DNA of 62,129 nt, counting the filler, from Diploschistes diacapsis (taxonomy: Eukaryota), in the NCBI GenBank assembly GCA_023645945.1. It is 10 parts of 10 records of this genome, joined end to end, with 100 filler letters (N's around TTAATTAATTAA, not from the genome) between each part and the next. Parts side by side here need not be neighbours in the genome. Positions count along the whole stretch, not along the records: positions 58,268 to 62,129 come from JALAIB010001833.1; 9 more parts are not named here. The stretch is one strand, 5' to 3'. The notes under the pieces were generated by a model. The model was not told the DNA's origin. It did not search any database and worked only from the letters and a program-made list of their open reading frames with translations. Every line of letters starts with the position of its first letter. Position 1 is the stretch's first letter. This document shows, in pieces, positions 58,781 through 62,129 of this stretch. The translations under genes were made by a program, and so were the position numbers.

Positions 58781-61438
58781 ATGGCAGGGACACCGCTACC
58801 TCTTGTGGGTAGCCGCTTCGAGGAGGATAACCGGATCGGAGGAGACTTGTACCCCTCACAGTCCTCTGTCACCTTTGCACCAGAGCCGAACCCAAGCTTC
58901 GTCTTTCCGCTGCTACCTCCTGCATCTCCTGCAAATGATGGAACCGGTCCATTTTCGGATACCACGAACTCTATTCCAATCCAAGCCTCAGGCCGTCCTC
59001 GTCCGGAGCGTATCAACCTCAACTCTGTCCCTGCCTTTTCCTTTCCGTCGCCCACCACCCCTCCCGCTTCAGGATCCTCGCAATCATCTCCCACAAAAGC
59101 CGCTCCAGCTTCTCGTGGACATCGAAGAGGTGGTAGCGAATACATTGGCGGTGATGGATCGGTTCAAGGCCTGGGTCTGATGAGTGCAAGCCCGACAAAA
59201 GGAGGAAGTACCTTGCCGTCTCCCAACATGCCTGGTCGAAGGCGCGGTCATGCCCATCGTCGTTCTGGTGCCATTTCGACCCACGAATTGCCCATCCTTA
59301 GGTCTGCCGATTCCGCGTCGTGCAAAACCGGAAGTGCGCCTGCTACACCGTGTGAGCCGGACGGCCACCGGCAATTCATCCCTTCTCTGGATAGTTCGAC
59401 TTCACAGCCCACTCTGGCCCAAGCCAACACGGCTACCGAAGCATCACCAAAACCTCCTGATTCTTCTTCCCCACCCACCGTCCAGAATCGGCCACGTGTT
59501 GGATTCTCGGACAGGCTTGAGTACATCCCCAGGCCTCTGTCGATCATTTCTTCAGCAACATCCAGCTCCGTCTCCACAGTCCGTCCTGTTCATTCCTTGA
59601 GCGAAAGTATTTCTTCATTGAGAAGCAACAATACACCCAGTCCATCGTCCGCAGGGAAAAGCGATGGTGATGACGTCTTTGAAGGAGAGCTGCGTGCGAA
59701 TCCTGATGAGTTCTTGGATGAGCCGGGTACCTTTCGCATAGCCATCAGGACGCCCCGTCACTATTCGCCGCCTCCGCCAGACACTTCAGAATCTGACGAA
59801 GAGACGCTCGTACCCCAAGCGGGGAATAACTCGACCCCAGGTGCAGTACCTTTACCTGACTCTGCTTTGTCTCCAGATTACTTCCGTGAAGCCGAAGAAG
59901 ATGAGTTCGTAACCAACTATTATGAATCTCAGGGCGTTGGGGATGAAGCATCCAATATCCCGCCGACGAACTCTTCGGGAGCCAAATCGAGCAAGAGACG
60001 GGTGAAGGGCAAATCGTGGGCAGGTCTGCTTTCCCGCAGATCTAAGCCATCCGGATCTGCGGATAGCGGTGACGAGATGTCACCGCTCCAGATCCAAGGA
60101 GTCAAGCAAACCTACAGTCTCCAGGAACCTGCCACCAGTGGAGAGTTCTCTCTCAGCGAGGTCAATTTTGACGAAGATAGTACTTTCGTTGTTCGAAGCC
60201 CGCAGTTTGACGTTCCAAGATCTGCTCCCGCGAATCCGACCCCGGCCTGGAACTCAGGCTCCGACGACGAGATGGACGTTAATGGTGTCCTGGACCTTGA
60301 TGCCGCTTGGGACTCGGCTGGTAAAGAGATTCGGGCCAGAGGTGGTAGCAAGACGTTCCGGCCAGCCAAGCGTCGTCTGCACAGTAGCGGCACGACCGGT
60401 GCTTTTATTGGTCCTGGGATGCACTACCATCGACGTGCCGAAAGCGCTCCGGTCATGACGCCAGTAGATTATCAGTTTGGCTTTCCTCGGTTCGGAAGTA
60501 ATCCTCAGATGGCGGACGTGTTTGAGGAGGACGAGGATGAAGACAACCACAAGACTCCAGCGCCGAACAGGTGGACTCCGCCCAAGCGCTCAAACGACCA
60601 CCAGAAACCTTCGGGGCTTGGTGTTGAGGTCGCCGGGAACACAAGTTTTGTTGCTCCCGCTTCACCACGGTCGCCAGAGAAGAGAAATTCAAGATCGGAT
60701 CTATCGGTAGTCGTACAGAAAGAGGAGCAGGCTTGTTCATCCAGAGTCGACCCCATGGAACACTCAGAAGTGACTGGGGAAATGGCAGCTGAGATTGTCA
60801 ACGCAAAGGACGAGCTTCGCTTTTCAGTGGTAACCAAATCATCGGATGGCTCCACTATCACTCCCACTCTTTCCAACGATCCTCTTCGTATTCGTCCGAT
60901 TCCAGCATCTCTCGATTTCGCCAGTGCGAGCCCTGAACATCTGACTGGCTTTGGGTCTCTGAATCCCTCGCCTAGTCCTGCAAAGAGTTCCTTTGATATT
61001 CCTCGCCTGGGAACTGCTCACTCCTCAACCACCAACCAGTCCGGCTGGAGCTCGACCCGTGGTGGTGAAGGTGTTGTAGGAATGGGATACTCTGCCGAGG
61101 ATGTCCCATCCTTGACCAGCAGCGCATCAACGATGGTGAGTCACAGAGTACCAATCACCCCTCTTGTGGGCACGCGACCCGAGGCGGAAAGATCTCACTC
61201 CCTATCGGAAGCCGTGCCGGACCGGACAGACGCTTCCAGTACGTCCAAACGCAGAAGTTTGGCGAGTTTACCACTGCTGAGACTTGGATCTTCGTCAGGG
61301 AAGAGCAAGCTCTCGACCGAGACTCGCCCAGGACAGGACGGAGCGGAAAGGGGGGAACGCACAAAGGAGAAGAAGAGGCACAAGATCAGGAAGATGATGA
61401 AGTTTTGGAACAAGTCCAAGGAGGATCTCAAGGCTTGA
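58781..61438 (+). CDS. Ser/Pro-rich low-complexity conserved fungal protein (often annotated cell wall proline-rich protein)
   Basis: 885-aa intronless ORF with recurrent HRRxxS motifs (GHRRGGSEYIGG, GHAHRRSGAIS, MHYHRRAESAP). Confidence 0.85.
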   Translation: MAGTPLPLVGSRFEEDNRIGGDLYPSQSSVTFAPEPNPSFVFPLLPPASPANDGTGPFSDTTNSIPIQASGRPRPERINLNSVPAFSFPSPTTPPASGSSQSSPTKAAPASRGHRRGGSEYIGGDGSVQGLGLMSASPTKGGSTLPSPNMPGRRRGHAHRRSGAISTHELPILRSADSASCKTGSAPATPCEPDGHRQFIPSLDSSTSQPTLAQANTATEASPKPPDSSSPPTVQNRPRVGFSDRLEYIPRPLSIISSATSSSVSTVRPVHSLSESISSLRSNNTPSPSSAGKSDGDDVFEGELRANPDEFLDEPGTFRIAIRTPRHYSPPPPDTSESDEETLVPQAGNNSTPGAVPLPDSALSPDYFREAEEDEFVTNYYESQGVGDEASNIPPTNSSGAKSSKRRVKGKSWAGLLSRRSKPSGSADSGDEMSPLQIQGVKQTYSLQEPATSGEFSLSEVNFDEDSTFVVRSPQFDVPRSAPANPTPAWNSGSDDEMDVNGVLDLDAAWDSAGKEIRARGGSKTFRPAKRRLHSSGTTGAFIGPGMHYHRRAESAPVMTPVDYQFGFPRFGSNPQMADVFEEDEDEDNHKTPAPNRWTPPKRSNDHQKPSGLGVEVAGNTSFVAPASPRSPEKRNSRSDLSVVVQKEEQACSSRVDPMEHSEVTGEMAAEIVNAKDELRFSVVTKSSDGSTITPTLSNDPLRIRPIPASLDFASASPEHLTGFGSLNPSPSPAKSSFDIPRLGTAHSSTTNQSGWSSTRGGEGVVGMGYSAEDVPSLTSSASTMVSHRVPITPLVGTRPEAERSHSLSEAVPDRTDASSTSKRRSLASLPLLRLGSSSGKSKLSTETRPGQDGAERGERTKEKKRHKIRKMMKFWNKSKEDLKA

Positions 61439-62129
61439 TCGACGACGGTTAACGACTGATTGCTTGCAGTTTACTTTTATACCCATGGCGTGTTTAGCTC
61501 GGTATGGGTCCCATGCGGCCTGCTTCGGAACCCAGTCCGACGTCGGAGCCATGCTCATCTGATTTACAAACCATTGGTTTTTGAATGTTGTTCGGTAGCT
61601 ACTTGCATGGCGGTCAAATAGATCGTGGGGGCTGTTCAATTGGCTCGGATAGATCTGGGAGGCTAGCTATCTGAATGGGGAGGCAGCACTTACACGACTT
61701 ATGAAGCGAATTTTGTTTATATCTGAAATGATCCACTCTTTTGAACAAGTTAGGTGCATATTTTTTCGATCACGCAATGAACAGACATGGTGATTCCTTG
61801 AAAATGCTTGGACATCCGTAAGCGAGTATTGATCTCTGATATAACGAAATCAAGTGTTGCAATACAACGACTGACAGAGCCGCTGTTGTATATTCTATGG
61901 TAAGCCTCCCAGGACGCGAAGCTACGCATTAGATTCTCGTTCATATCCAAAGAAGGTTCCACAAGCACGGACCAAACAGCCATGAGCCCGTGGACTCGGG
62001 GACTCGAACATATAGAAACCCATCAAGTTGGAACAACTCCATCAACCGCTCTGAATCTTCCCCGAGATCGGAAACTACTTTACACCGCCGAGATGCCGGT
62101 TTGTCAACATTTCCCATAGCTCCCCTTCC

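Overview
Filamentous ascomycete (Pezizomycotina) genomic DNA. The window is not one locus. It is ten unrelated contigs joined by artificial 100-bp spacers (N44-TTAATTAATTAA-N44): one of >=26.3 kb followed by nine of ~3.9 kb in decreasing size. Contig 1 carries intron-containing housekeeping genes: an FAH-family hydrolase, a PWI/SRm160-like splicing factor, a PWWP protein, BRR2, thioredoxin reductase, an alpha/beta-hydrolase membrane protein, calnexin and MtnB. The small contigs carry a PET100 fragment, a trypsin-like protease ORF broken by one TGA, RIP-mutated Gypsy/pogo/MULE relics with nested solo LTRs, a TRF4-like poly(A) polymerase, NBS1, a NUDIX hydrolase, a CE1-type esterase ending in RDEL, a cupredoxin-like GPI protein, MIS12, GPN3, SAM synthetase, a DIS3 fragment and a Ser/Pro-rich protein. 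The standout observation is a structurally perfect tRNA-Asp(GUC) gene (21685-21813, minus strand). It is interrupted by a normal 8-nt anticodon-loop intron and also by a 49-nt insert in the D-stem with the standard U2-type spliceosomal signals (GTAAGT...CTAAC...TAG). Exact removal of that insert restores the cloverleaf, so this is a candidate spliceosome-dependent tRNA. A second strong observation is a CUG-initiated 46-aa mitochondrial-presequence-like extension on thioredoxin reductase. All calls are by eye; no database searches were run.
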